From Ostrea edulis (Eukaryota), in the NCBI RefSeq assembly GCF_947568905.1, contig NC_079164.1:9238001-9302000 (forward strand): 64,000 bases of DNA. Direction: 5' to 3'. Numbering within the stretch: position 1 is the first letter of the stretch; each line of letters opens with the position of its first letter. The notes beneath the pieces are model-generated. The model ran no database searches. It was not told the DNA's origin and saw only the letters and a list, made by a program, of their open reading frames with translations. Shown here one piece after another: positions 24,191-38,075 of this stretch. A program made the position numbers and the translations under genes.

Positions 24191-27100
24191 AGTAGGAACA
24201 ATGTAACGATACATAACAAAGAAAAAACGATGTTTAAGGTGTTTCTTTGTCAGTGATCAGAACTCGATGATGATTTATTTGAATACATTATAGTATTACC
24301 ATGATTATAGAATATTTGCTCAAGTCGAAGGACATCTTTAAGGACTCGCACCTTAAAAAGATCCTGTGTCCCAAATCTTTAGATTATAAGGAACCTTTGA
24401 GGATTTTATCTTATATAATATCTGAACAATTTTTCTTTTGATAGATGTGAAAGATTATGGTCAAACTGGACTGCTTTAAGAACAAAGTAAAATTGTGAGG
24501 AGGTGATTGAAGTTGCAGTTCTTCTCAAATCCCAGAACCCACACTAAGGCCAGTCTGCTGGACTTCCAACTGATCTATGATAACACCTGCCCATTCAACC
24601 AAATTCGTTGATGACCAGTGTGGGCCAGCTAAGTGATTGGTCAGTCCCATATGCTGCGGGGGTATTTATTTTATTTGAATTATATGACAGCTTTAGTCTT
24701 CAATTATATCAGTTGACTTTGCTGTTTGCTGATTTGGTATGACCGCACTTTTTAAAGAAATCTCGGGTAGATTGTTGTTACACTGGTCCGTCTGTCTGTC
24801 TGTCACACTTTCTTCTTCGTCAAATTCCTCTTTCATATTAAACAGTTACCAACCAATCTTTGGGAACTTGATAGGCGGTGTTCTGTAAATGTGCAATATG
24901 GTTTTGGAACTTTTAATTTTACCCTGGAGCAAAATGGGGGTAAAAAATATTTTTTTTTATCAAAACAATATGTGTAAAGTGACATTGACCTTTATGAAAT
25001 GACCTCGAGTGACTCTTAGAGCCATTTGCCTCATATTTATTTGTGGTATACATGTATATCATACAATGTCATGTGATAAATACCTGTTCAAAAACTGTTG
25101 TAAAAATAAGGAACTTTTTCCAAGGTTGAATAATATACTAGCTGCAATAATGTAGCCCTCCCTGACTTTTTTTATTCTGATGTTTTTGGGAGAGGGCTAC
25201 AATTCCATAGGATCTTTGTAATGATGCAAAATACGTTTATGAATAACATGTGATTGATAAGTTTTATGTATTTGTCTCCAATGTTGTTTACACTAAAAAA
25301 AAAAAGTACCAACTTTGCACTGGGCATGTCTAATAAAGGTGTTTTTCATTAAATATCCTGTACAACATGCAACATTCTTCGTTGTCTCCACCATGCTTTT
25401 TATCGTGAAGTATCGTTGGTGAATCCACTGTAAAAATTGAACATTGACAATATAGTTACTCGAGTTTCTCCTACAAAGAAACGAAAATCCAATCTGATTA
25501 AAATCAGATCTTTGATCCGCTCCGTTATTGTTGTGTTGCTACACAAAGCGCTTTTTGTAGTGACATAACAATAATGGAGCGGATCGAAGATCTAATTTTT
25601 GTAGTGACATAACAATAATGGAGCGGATCGAAGATCTAATTTTAATCAGAATGAGGAAAATTATGTGGTGACAGAAAAAAAATTACACTCGATTTGCTAT
25701 TCATTTTTTAACTAGATATCAAATTCAAACCCTTTCTATACCAATGGAATTGCCTTCTCCTTCGTACTCACCTATTGATATAAACACTACCTTGTATGGG
25801 TATGTGCAAATAACTTCACCAACGGAAATTCCATTGAACATGGCGCACAATTTGTATTTAGAAATTGAAATACACGTATATCGAAATTGTTAAAAACGGT
25901 AGAATAGAGGCTCACAAATTGTAAGCTGCAGGTTGTACATATATGGACAAAGAAACATATAACTTTTGTTTTACATAAAGAAAGCCAGCAAATGTTTAGA
26001 ATGATCGAAAATGTCGTGGTAGTGAATCACTCCTGCATCTGCACCATTACAGAGATCCTAAGGAGTTGTATAGTCTTATTCAAAAATAAATCAGAGATGG
26101 TCACACTATTGCAGCTACATATAATAGTGTACCTGTTCTGAGTGACCTTTCCCTTTCCAAAATGACTTTGAGAGACCATGGTCCAATGATCAATATCTTG
26201 AAATATTGTGTTAATTTTCATAACTCGGGTATATATTGAGTGACCTTGACCTTTATGTAGTGACCTCGAATGACTTTTGTCACAAAACTATTTACCTATT
26301 ACTTATTTTTGGGATTGATGATAAAAATTGTTGAAATAAGGCATTTTTTCCTCGAATAAGGTACAAAGCGTATGTTCCGAGTGACCTTGAGCTTTCCAAA
26401 ATGACCTTGGTCTAAAACATGAAAAATTATTGAAATATTGTTGAAATGAAGGGTTATTATTTATATACTCAGTACATGTTGAGTTACCTTGACCTTCACA
26501 AAATGACCTTGAGTGACCTTTGTATAAAAGTAATTTGCCTATTACTTATTTGGGTGATATATGATCAATATCTGTTCAAAATTGTTGAAATAAGAAACTG
26601 ACCTTGATCCAAAAGTTCCTGTCCCAAAGAATATTTGATTCTATCAATTTCTGATGAAAGATTTAGGAGATATGAGCTCGGATGGACGGACAGACATGAC
26701 GGCGACTGTATGATTCCCCAATTTTTTGGGGGGAACATAAAATCCTGGTTCCCAAAACTCCTCTTACATTTTACACAGTATCCAAATTATCTTTTGGAAT
26801 ATAATCTTAATATGGTATCCAGTAGATGTGCTATAAGTTTTTGGATATTTCATTTTCATCTAGGGGCCAAATGATGGTAAAAAAAAAAGATGTATTTTCA
26901 ACAAAAACACCCCTGATTCCCAACAAAACTCCAATGTCATTTTACACAAATAATCTTTTAGAAGATAATTAATGATGTCCTATAAATGTGCAATAAAGTT
27001 TCGGAATTTTCATTTCCACCCTGAGGACCAAAAGGCATTAAATAATTGATAGAAAAAGCTGATTCTCAGAACTTACATTATATTCTGTAGCCAGTGTGCA

Positions 27101-27949
27101 ACAAGTTTTCAGAATTTTTTTCTTTTTCACCTCGAGGGGCAAATTGGTTGGAAATACCAAGAACAGTGCATTGTGTCATGTGCAGCAAAATATATTTGTA
27201 TTAAATGTTGTAGTCTCAACCATTTGAAAGATATTTGAACAGTCTAAAAATGACAGGGTAGGGATGACCCTGAGGCACTTACTAGCCCATCATAATACTC
27301 TAGGCATCTTGACATATGCAGCAAGAATAAATAGGGCATAGATTATATTTAAAGACAAACACTTGCAAGCAAGTATTTCTGTCTTATGACACAATTGTTT
27401 GCATTTAAATATACTCTGTACCCTATATTTCACAGCATCTAGTTATTCATGTATGCTGTAGATAATGTCCAAACTTATAGAGGTCTTGTGTTGTGGCAGG
27501 CTTTGGCACATTAAAGAACCCCCACTGCTACATTCTTGAACACTAGCATTGGTCTAACTTTGTTGTACTTCACCTACAGCAGGTGACGTCTCAATACAAG
27601 TAAAAACAAATTCAACGGGACGTAAAAACAAACAAAAAATGTCTGAACTTTGTTGAGGTTAATGATATAAGTCTTTTAAAAATGCAAACAATTCTTGATA
27701 TGACTCAGTTTGATACGATTTCTATTATCTGTGTTGATTTTGTAGGATTGTGATGTTATTGATGGTAAACAGAAGACTGGGGCCTTGTATCTGAAGATCT
27801 GTGACAAAGATCAGATGTTCAACAAATCTAAGTAAGTACTCAGTAATAATGTAAGACTGTACTCGAGATAATGTTTATGTAATAATACAGATATTGAAAT
27901 ACATAATAAACAAACAGAATAATGTTCTATCAGACACGAATAAACAACC

Positions 27950-28130
27950 TTGCTTGGTGACTAAATGGGGTGGTCCTTCGAAAACCGAGGCCCCGTGTCG
28001 CAGCAGGTGTGGCACGATAAAGATACCTCCCTGTTCAAAGACCATAAGTGCTGAGCATAGGCCTAAATTTGGCGGCCCTTCACCGGCAGTGGTGACATCT
28101 CCATATAAGTGAAATATTCTCAAGAGGGCT
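27950..28130 (+). mobile_element. tRNA-derived SINE body (related fragments near 27490-27630 and 50540-50850)
   Basis: Shared aaccgaggccccgtgtcgcagcaggtgtggcacg...taggcctaaattt...gtgaaatattct; the copy at 50540 has a tRNA-like head. Confidence 0.55.
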
Positions 28131-28249
28131 TATCTTCACCAGTCCAGGGTAACGAACCAATAACCCTTGACTTGTGAAAATGAAGAGAGCCTTTAAACAA
28201 TCAATATACATACAGTGTCAATACACAGGTTAGTTACACATCACACACA

Positions 28250-28545
28250 CTGCTGTAATTAACACACAGCTGTAATTAACACGCAGCTGTAATTAACACG
28301 CAGCTGTAATTAACATGCAGCTGTAATTAACACAGTGTTTGAAGATGTAATTAACATGGTTTAACACTGTAATCCACATACAGAGCTGTAATTAACACTG
28401 GGTTGGTAGATGTAATTAACACTGTGTTGGTAGATGTAATTAACACTGTGTTGGTAGATGTAATTAACACTGTGTTGGTAGATGTAATTAACACTGTGAT
28501 GGTAGATGTAATTAACACTGTAGAGATGTGTAATTAACACCGTGA
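28250..28545. repeat. 17-24-bp tandem repeats (gtaattaacac core) abutting the TRIM-like stop codon
   Basis: gctgtaattaacacgca and gtaattaacactgtgttggtagat units. Confidence 0.9.
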
Positions 28546-30207
28546 TTATAGATATTGGATTTTCTTCACTTTAGCAGTGCCTAACTCAGCCACAAAGAGG
28601 TTGTCTCTGATGTCCACACATAAACCCCATGGACTGAGTAAATCACAGTGAATGTAACGGAGGAACTGTCCGTCCTGATCTAGGATGTGGATACGGTGTT
28701 TGTAACAGTCTGCTGTCAGGATGTGACTCTGGCTGTCTGTAGTGATGCCGAATGGTTTAAATGATTGCTCGGTATTAGAGGGATGACCAGTGTATCTAAA
28801 TCGGAGTTTTCCTGACTGATTGACCACCACTACTGCACTAGCTCTATAGTCAGCCACACAGATATCCAGGTTCTTGTTCTCACTAAGGTGTTTATAGTAA
28901 CCACCAGATGAGTAGAGAGGACGACCCTGATCATCAAACTGAATGCTTTGTTTCTCTGTGGAGCCGGAGTAACGCACGACTTTGAATTGTTTTCCATCAT
29001 CACTGTACATGGTAACCAGGAGATCGTTATCCGCGGTACAGCAGACATAGAGAGGTCTCCACCCCTGTAGTGTGATCACAGTCTGTATCTGTTTATTCTT
29101 AATTAGGTTTATATTGTTACTATTGTCAGTATAAACAAGATCTCCGTCCCGTGTCACTGCTATGTCCCCTGGATAGTCCCCTGACTTGGTTTGTATTGAT
29201 GTCAGTAGTTTACTCTGGAGGTTGAGCAGCTTCATGGTTTCGTTATTCCCGCATGTCCAGACTTGATCTTCACTCAGACAGCTAACACTGTGTAGATATT
29301 GATACCCAGTGTCTATGGTGGCGGTGACGCGCGGGTCATCAAGCAGTGGTTTGACTGGAGGAGACGATACAGCTTCTGCTGACTTCATTGTGTCGCCTTG
29401 TTCTGTGTTAATGGATAATGGCGACAGAGAACCAAACATTTCACGGAGCTTTTCTGTGTTTATTTTCTGAGGAGATAAACTCGGTAATGTGACTCGGACT
29501 TTAGGAGGTAATTGTCGGAACTCGCCATTCCTAGATTTGTAAGTAGACGTTAAAGAGACGTCCTTGGTGTTCAGTATTTTCTTCAGGTCCTCAATGATCT
29601 TTCTAAGTTCTGTAATTCTCTGTGTAATTTCATCTGTGTTTTTATCTAAGGCAGCCATATGTTTATTTTTCATCTCCTGAATGTCGGATTTCCGCTGGTT
29701 GACAATGGCGGTGACCTCCCGGTGTAAGACTTCTCCTTGTTGGTCGGCAGCTGTTGTCAGTTTCCCGTAATTCGTTTCTAACTCGGATTTCTCTGTTTGG
29801 ACATCGGACGCCATTTCTTCATATCGAGGACAAATTCTGCTCTCTAGTTCCTCTAAATCTTTTTGTAAACTTTCTGTTTTAGCGCTGAATTTTTCCAGAA
29901 CATCACATAAATTGTGCCCTCTATGTTTTTTTGAGACACAGGTAGAACAGACAGGAACGTCACATTCCTCGCAGTAAAGTTCGCTTTGTTTGTCGGCGTG
30001 TGTCGGACATTTTGGGTAGACTTTGGGGGCAGAACTTTTCTCTATGAACGGTATGACTCGGTGTTTTCTAGACGAATCCAAGAGATGTTTACCTACACAG
30101 TTAGTACAGAGATTTATATTACAAAGTTCACAGTGACTCTGTAGCGGGGCAGTTTCACAGGAGTCGCACAGTAGGACTTCCTGCGCACTGCGCCGGGGGT
30201 GCAGCAT
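28546..30207 (-). CDS. RING-less TRIM-like protein: two B-boxes, coiled coil, C-terminal NHL-like beta-propeller (bivalve-expanded family)
   Basis: Single long ORF, likely ATG at 30207 (MLHPRRSAQ). CDSC...HCELCNINLCTNCVGKH and CPTH...YCEECDVPVCSTC...H B-boxes; heptad region; PFGITTD, PWGLCVD propeller repeats. Confidence 0.88.
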   Translation of the reverse strand: MLHPRRSAQEVLLCDSCETAPLQSHCELCNINLCTNCVGKHLLDSSRKHRVIPFIEKSSAPKVYPKCPTHADKQSELYCEECDVPVCSTCVSKKHRGHNLCDVLEKFSAKTESLQKDLEELESRICPRYEEMASDVQTEKSELETNYGKLTTAADQQGEVLHREVTAIVNQRKSDIQEMKNKHMAALDKNTDEITQRITELRKIIEDLKKILNTKDVSLTSTYKSRNGEFRQLPPKVRVTLPSLSPQKINTEKLREMFGSLSPLSINTEQGDTMKSAEAVSSPPVKPLLDDPRVTATIDTGYQYLHSVSCLSEDQVWTCGNNETMKLLNLQSKLLTSIQTKSGDYPGDIAVTRDGDLVYTDNSNNINLIKNKQIQTVITLQGWRPLYVCCTADNDLLVTMYSDDGKQFKVVRYSGSTEKQSIQFDDQGRPLYSSGGYYKHLSENKNLDICVADYRASAVVVVNQSGKLRFRYTGHPSNTEQSFKPFGITTDSQSHILTADCYKHRIHILDQDGQFLRYIHCDLLSPWGLCVDIRDNLFVAELGTAKVKKIQYL

Positions 30208-30969
30208 TTCTGGTGTCGGGTTCACATTAGTAGTTCACTGTCAATAAAAAGACGAATATTTAATTTTCAGTGTTAGTTTACCATTGCAGAATATAGATGT
30301 GGATTTCAATAAACATGTTACATGTAACCGGGGAAACAAACAATTTACAGTTAGAATTGTACGTCAGCTTTATCTTCTATTATATTCTATTCCAGTAAAA
30401 AAAAAAATAAGCAATTCAACAAAACTATCTTATCAATGTGTTCAATCGTTCAAACTTCATAGCTTGTACATTTATAACACTTCGGTGACACTGAAATGTG
30501 TATATAATTTTGTCTCGCCTCTAAATCCAAAATGGCCTCCGTGATATTTCGACCTTCAGTGTAGTCCCGTGCTTTACCTGTGTGTGGTGTGATCGGTTCT
30601 ATATATACATCATATCTACACCAGCTAGTAGACCTGTAGACGCTCCTGTTTGAATAGATTTAAAGTTCATATTGACCCAGTTTGTAATATAGCAGTGCTG
30701 TTCTCATTCAGATATAAATATACTTCGTATAAATCTCAATGTATACCTGAACAAATCATAACAGATCGTCCGAGAGACAAAACCATGGTAGGATTCAATG
30801 ATACGAAAAACAATCAAGAGATCCACTTCACAGTAAAGGCCAAAAGCATTCAAAACGAATAAGGACTGATGGGGCCGCGTACAGAAAAGTTCGTAATTCA
30901 GTGAACAATATAAAAAAAAAAAAAAACCAACATGCGATATCCAATTATGATGACAGTATTGAAACCTAC

Positions 30970-31250
30970 TTAATTGTAATTTTGTAATTGTAATTAAAAG
31001 ATTTATATAGCGCCCTATCAACATTAGTTCTCTAAAGCGCTTTACAAAATGTGTTCACCATCAAATGGAATATCAGAGCAAAAAGGATCTTTTGCGCCAT
31101 TGTTCGAGGCACTAGGTTCGCAAACTGATAAACGGATATTGCTTATTTTTCCGTGAAAATATTTAGCAAAGTTTTGCGATAATTCCTTTCCCTCAGAAGA
31201 TGAAGGTAAAATGGGTTCAGACGTGTTACCCATGAGCCGATTCGTCAGAC
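30970..31250 (-). mobile_element. Internally deleted/truncated L2-like LINE fragment
   Basis: ILPSSSEGKELSQNFAKYFHGKISNIR resembles the linker of the LINE at 2101-3249; L2-type 3' end aaagcgcttt...gggcgctatataaat and (attaca)n tail. Confidence 0.6.
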
Positions 31251-31379
31251 AATATAGTTTCTTAGAGTCTCTTAGACGATTCGAGTAAAGAAAATGCAGA
31301 TTAGAGTTATTTAAAAAAAAAAATTATTTGTACCTGACTCTGTAAAACATTGGAATTTATCAAATGTAGAAGCCAGAGA

Positions 31380-31970
31380 AGCCATCTCAATCAATTCATT
31401 CTCCAAAAATATAATAACAGACATTACAAGACCACCATCATATCACTCTTTTGGAAAACGATTCATCAACTTTATTCATACTAATCTAACGCTAAAATGT
31501 ATACTTCATTATGATCTTTATAGGCGTAATGTTACAAATTCTCCATTTTGTTCATGTGGAGTGGACATAACAAAGATGTATATCTTTTTTTTTTTTTTTT
31601 TTTCCTTGTAAAAATTACGCTAGGGCTAGAAATGGTCTTTTTAATCACTTGTATATTCCTAACTTAGTCAATATTGATACAAATCTATTACTGTACAGCG
31701 ATTTTAACATGCTGTTGCAGACTAATATAAATATTTTTTCAGCTGTTCATTTTATAGTTGAAATTAGTAGATTCGTTTAATTATTGTACATTTTACCCGT
31801 TAATTAGTAGATTCATTTAATTATTGTACATTTTACCGTTAATTATTATCTCGCATGACATGCATGTATTGTAAGACTTTTAGGAGAGGGACTAGTAATT
31901 AGATTAGTAATTAGATCTTGTTTCCAGTCCTTTTGATTTTATTAATAAAATATGTTCAAAACAAAACAAT
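31380..31970 (+). mobile_element. Decayed 3' fragment of a CR1/L2-group LINE
   Basis: Remnant of H...C.L.YDL.RRN...SP.CSCG C-terminal motif followed by aataaa and A-rich tail. Confidence 0.4.
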
Positions 31971-34492
31971 CTCGTTGACATCGGTAGATTAAGGGAGAGG
32001 CGTTAAAGTTTAACTAGAATAATTATATTATAACTTGTATGAAGATGTTTAGAAAATCTCCTTAGAATTAGTGACCATTCTGAAGAATATAGAAGGGTGT
32101 GTGTGTGGGGGGGGGGGGGTGCTGTTTAGCAACTCATGTGGGTTTCTTCTACATAGCCTCCGTGCAGGTGACGCTACTGTCGCGCGGCTAATTAGGCTGT
32201 TTAAATGTGTGTGATATGATTTCCAAACAAAATGGATGCTGCAAATCGGAGTCCTCCTAAAATGACTCTGTAGAGGAAAATGTTACGCAACAGTTTTCCG
32301 AAAACGAAAACGGGGGTATTTAGAGGGGAGATGTTTATTTTTATGTTTTTGTTTAACGGTTCTGTTTGTTGCATATGCATGCAAGCCGTTCCTTTCTGCA
32401 AGTGTTTGAGCTTTATTTGATAAATAATATTATTGTTGGTGAAGAAGGACATAAATATTTTTATAATTTTTTGTGTTAGGTAATAAGAATTTGAAGTTAT
32501 TCGAGGTAATAAAAATCTGAAGTTATTGGAGGATTCAATGCCCTTTCCTTTATGCTAGAGTTTCATTTGATAAATAATTCACGTTTGTTTAAACTGAAGA
32601 AGAACATAAATATATTCATATTTTTTTGTGTTAAGCAATAAGAATTTTAAGTCATTCGAGGTTTCGCTGCCTTTCGTGGTCCCCCCCCCCCCCCCCCCTC
32701 CCCTAGTATTTCAATGCTTTATGATTTTGTTGATATATACTACATTTTTATTTGTAGAATGTCGATGTTGATGAGGAGATCAGAAGAGTGTTTATTGTAT
32801 ATTTAACGTAATAAAGTTTGTTGCTCTCTCACATATGAGACTTTATATTGTTAAATTATTCCGGTACAGTTGTTAGCTAGAGTACTTTCATTGTATACTG
32901 TAATAGAAACAAAAGGGAAAATGCAACAGATCAGACAGGGATTCGAACCCGACCGGTGGTTGATCGCTCTGGCCGTCACATCCCCCCTTAAAGCAGAATG
33001 TTGCACCAGAGGAATTTGATGTGGATGAAAAAGTGGAGGATGTGTACAAGAATATCTTGAAATTGAAAACTTTTTGGTACTGGGTTGTTCCGCAAGGGCC
33101 ATGTGTTGATTAATATATGTCTATCAACTGGAACTTCACGGCAGACATGTATAAGATAATGCCCAAAAAATCAGAAACAAAAAAGTATTTCTTAATAAAA
33201 ATGACATTTTACCTAGCGCGATATAGTGATTTAGTCAAACAATGCCGTTTTAATAGAAAGGAATCTGAAAAAAAAAACAAAAAAAAAACAACCTCTGCTT
33301 GACTCCAAACCACATCTCCAGTTCAGTATGGCATACGACGTGCTAACCTCCTGAACTGCTCAGCTAGGTAATTAGATCTTAAAGGGTAAGGAAATATTGA
33401 TATCTTAAAAGGAAGTCAGCCATTCTTATACCTTCTTGTATCTCTTCTTGTATCTTTTCTCGACCACAGGCACCTAACGTGTGGATAGCTTGTATAGATC
33501 TTGTGTACATAACCACCAGTGGTTTTTCAGGCCACTGTGAAAGTTACCACACATAAATGAAATTCGCCCCCCCCCCCTTTTGATGTAATCTTTCGGGTTG
33601 ACTGATACATAATTTTAAACGTTGAAAAGCCCCCTCCCTCCCTTCCCTCTTTTGCAACATACGAGGGGGGGGGGGGGGGTCACCGGCGTTAATCCGCCTT
33701 TAGACAGATATACGTGTTTCAGTATTTTTTGCTCTAAAAACAAATATCTGATACATGTGAATATTGTTGGTATTACAAGATATAGACAAATAGATTGGTG
33801 CAAATGTTCATGAATATGTGGAAGTTGTTAAAACGCCGAACGGAAAACTGAACGGAAATTTAAGAATTCGAAGAATTGCAATGTAGCAAAGTTAACACCG
33901 AAAATCAGACATATATGCTTTATATTAATATAAAATAAATCTGTTAATTCCTCTTACTAGGTTAATAAACTTCTCCTTAGTCTACAGTTACTCTGTTTCG
34001 ATCAGCTGTATATCTCTTCGGGTTTAACACTAATCCGCAGGATACCGGTACGTGTACGAATTTTCACTTTACATAAATCGATCCCAAAATGAAGCAAACC
34101 TTATACACATCGGACTCGTTCGCATTAAAGATGTGATACATATAATGTCAGGTGTTGAACTAAAATCAAATTCTCAAGTCCAATATCATCTTTAAAATAC
34201 GAAGTTCGATTTAAGAAGGCTCTGTATGGGGAAACTATTGAAAAATTGGGAAAACTAGAGCAAAGCTCGTTGTAAAGCAACGAGAGGTCTTCCGTCGGAG
34301 CTGTGTGAACTTTAATAAAGGTGTACTATAAATTTTTATCGTAAGGTGTTTAATAAATGTATACTACTCAAGTACATGCGTGTATGATCTCATTCCACGA
34401 ATCAGTCTTTTGTGGCCCTCATGTATGTGGGATTAAATTCTTTCAGCATTTAACTTTTCAGTACCAATAATGAAGAAAAAATTACTATTTAA

Positions 34493-35432
34493 AGTAGGGG
34501 TCTAGTAGCGTGACGTCATGTCCGGATCGAACTCTGGTATTGGTTCACGTACTATTATTATCAAACATATTTTTACATTTACCTGTATGTTTTTTAATTT
34601 AGTAAAATGAATACAATAACACTCAATCACTTATATTTGAGTAGACTATGGCTCCAATCTTCTTTCCATTTTTTGTCATCTAATTCACACATAAAACCAG
34701 AGGTACATATTTGTTTAATTGATATACAGGGGTATTACATGTTAAAATTATCTGTAAATTAAAAAAAATTCATGATATGCGATAATGCACTTGTGGAATT
34801 AAATAAAACAATTCTGCACTTGTTATATATTTGTTATCTTGTTATATATTTGTTATCTTCTATTATGTGAAAATCATCTTCAAAATGACTATTTTGGCCA
34901 AAAAATGTAAATATAAATTGAGATGCTGTGAAAATATTATGCTGAGAAAGGGCAGATTTTTAAAATGTATTTTAACAAGCATTCATATATGAACATAATA
35001 TGTGAGTTTTAATGAAAAATCACAAGTCAAATTTTTTAAATATTCATATTAGTGGTGTTGCAGTGCCGTATTTTTGACTGCCGAGGGCCTGTATTGAGTT
35101 CAATTTTGTACCACCATTATTAAAAAACATGAAATTGTGTTAAAATTTCACTTTTAATTATTTAGTTAAACATATTTATTTCATATTTGAGGAAAAAAAT
35201 TGCAGCATCATACCTCCAACAAAATTTTATGGACATATTCTAGGACTTCTTCAATGAATTTTGATATTGCCGTTTGACAAATGGGGGTGCACGTAATAAA
35301 AATACCATAATTTACTCATTATACTGACAACCCCCCATTTTTTTGTTTTTATCATACCCTCAAATGAACAATCTAAGTATTTAAACTCAAATTTTTGAGA
35401 AATCACAAGTAGGTCCAGGACTAGGGACCTAC
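34493..35432. mobile_element. TTAA-flanked non-autonomous DNA transposon (Kolobok-like)
   Basis: ttaaagtaggggtctag ... ctagggacctaccttaa imperfect TIRs. Confidence 0.45.
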
Positions 35433-37184
35433 CTTAAATTTGTGAAATTTATGGCTCAGGACATACAATAAAGGTTTATTGCTGTTACCAATATTTCATC
35501 ATACAATAAAATTATGATAGCATAATATTCAGACTGAAGAGAATAATTCATCGAGTTCGAATTATTTATACATACGAATCAAATAAATTGCTCTCAAATC
35601 TTGAATATTTTATTAAACTTTAATATTTATCTGTGTAAATACATGTAGTTATATTATGTACACAGTGCGCACAGAAGTCGCGTATGAATTTCACGCCAGG
35701 GGCACGTGCCGAAGTTATATAATTTGGACCAGGAGTTCTGAATCAATGTTTAACCAAAGTCATTGTTTTTAAACAATAAAACAACAAATCATTTGAAATG
35801 AGACTGGTCAGCCATGAGTTTCTGAATATTCTATACGCATGTTTAGATTTGGTTTAATCATGATTATAAACTATTGATTTCAAAACATGTTCAGAAATAA
35901 TTCGTTATGTTTGTAAAATGTATCCATTTTCTTTTTCACAACGAAGAATTTGAGTAAAGCGTGTGTGTTCAATTAAAGTAGTGTGAAATCACAGATAGCT
36001 AGTCCAGCAGCGATGAATCTTCGATATTAAACACACATTCAATTAGACATGATTGAGAAACGAACTGTATATTAAATTGCAGATTTTAAAAATGATGCCT
36101 GACTCAGTGCTCTAGAGTTTTGAATTTAAAACAAATCAAACGCAAGACCAGGGACGTATAAACAAGTATATATTAATACATATTAATACATCCCCGGAAA
36201 GACTGAATTATTCGAAAAATCCAATATGATCAAAACATAACATTCTGTGTTATATTTAGGACGACAATGTTTACTTTGTGTACATGCCCTGGTTCACACG
36301 CGATAGTTCCTCGAGGCGGTTACGTAATTGTAAACAAAAACAAACCCCGCGGTGTATGTAAGATGCGTGTAGTTAATGACTGAGTTATTCTATGCTTGAA
36401 GGTTTGTTTCGTCAATTAAATATATCGTTGTTTTAATAACAAACGTAGAAGAGATAACCTTTTCCTCTTTTTTTTTCTTTGGAATGATCGTTTATATTAA
36501 AGCTACTAAATTGGTTAGCATCGAGCACAATCTAATTAAAATAAGATTTTTCTTATATTTCATATGTATATACATTATGTATTTTAAAATCAAAATAATT
36601 TATTATCAAAATATCAAGCAAGCTCTTGTGGGTACCGCCCATTTTCCCGGTTTTGTCATTATCTGACCCACCCATGGCTGAAATACTATTTTTATTATCA
36701 TGATTAAACAGTTAGGTTATACAATCTGTTTCGTTTTTTGGTAGGTTTTGTTTCGTTTCTGTTGGTTTCGTTTTGCATTTTACATGTACCCTAATATAAC
36801 ACCTAAACCCGAGAAAATTCTGCGCTACGAATTGCTTGTTTGTCCACCTCTGTTGTATTCCTTAAAGAGGTTATGCGATTGATCACGTGCACTGTTCGTT
36901 ATCTTCACCTTTCACTATATTTCCCCGCGTTTCGTTAGTAATTGCGAGGAAATGTTGCATTGATGGCACAGTGCATTGTAATATGGAATAATCCATTATC
37001 AGCCAATAGATTGCGAGTGTTAGAAAATGTAATTCAGGTATTCACTTCTAGCCCCAGCTCGTCACGAGATAGACGAAACTTTTATATAGAATAAAATCTT
37101 ATGTTTTTCATTCGTACCATGAAATGTAAAACATACAAATTAGTTGTGATTGAGGTTCGTTAACACCACCCTGCATCCAGCGGC

Positions 37185-38075
37185 ACCTGTGCTCAAGTGA
37201 GCTTTTCTGATAAAAACTTTACGTTGTCTGTCGTTGTCGTAAATTTTTCACATTTTTCTCCAGAACCACTGAGCTAATTTCAATCAAACTTGATACAATT
37301 CCACGATGGTTAACGGGGATTCAAGTTTGTTCAAATGAAGGGTCATGTTCTTTTCAAAGGGGAGATAATCATGAAAATAGGATGGGGTCATTAAAAAATT
37401 TTGACAAGAAGTTAATTTTAACAAAAACAAGCTCCTGACATACTGAAGATTCAAGATTGTTAAAACGATGGTCCGGGGGTAGAATGGGTCCACAAAAGGG
37501 GATCAAACTTTTACATGCGAATATATAAGGAACATCTTTAAAAAAAATTCTCAAGAAGCATTGAACCAATGAAAGTAGTACTACAGTTCAAATTTGCATG
37601 AAAGGTTTTTGACATACTGCAGATTCAGGTTTGTTCAAATCATGGTCCCCGGGGATAGGGTGGGTCCACAATATGGGGATCAAAGCTTTACTTGCGAGTA
37701 CATAAGGAAAATCTTTAAAAATCTTCTTAAGAATCACTTGGCCAGAAAAGTTGATATTTACATGAAAGCTTCCTGATATAGTGCAAATTCAAGTTTATTC
37801 AAATTATGGTCCCCAGGGGTAGAGTGGGGCAACAATAGGGGATCAAAGTTTTACATGTGAGTATTTAGGGAAAATCTTTAAACTTCTTTAAAAAAAACCA
37901 CTGGCCCAGAAAAGTTCAAATTTATATGTAAACTTCCTGATATATGTAGTGCGAATTCGAGTTAGTTCAAATCATATTCCCCGGGGGTAGGATGGGGCCA
38001 CACTAGGGGATCAAACTTTTTCAGGCGAGTATATAGGGAAGATCTTTGAAAACCTTCTCCTAAAACACCACTGGG
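37185..38075 (-). mobile_element. Helentron-type element with degenerate Cg170-like monomers
   Basis: Same monomer sequence as 21985-23210 (ggggatcaaagttttacat, gaaagcttcctga, ttcaaatcatggtcccc). Confidence 0.65.
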
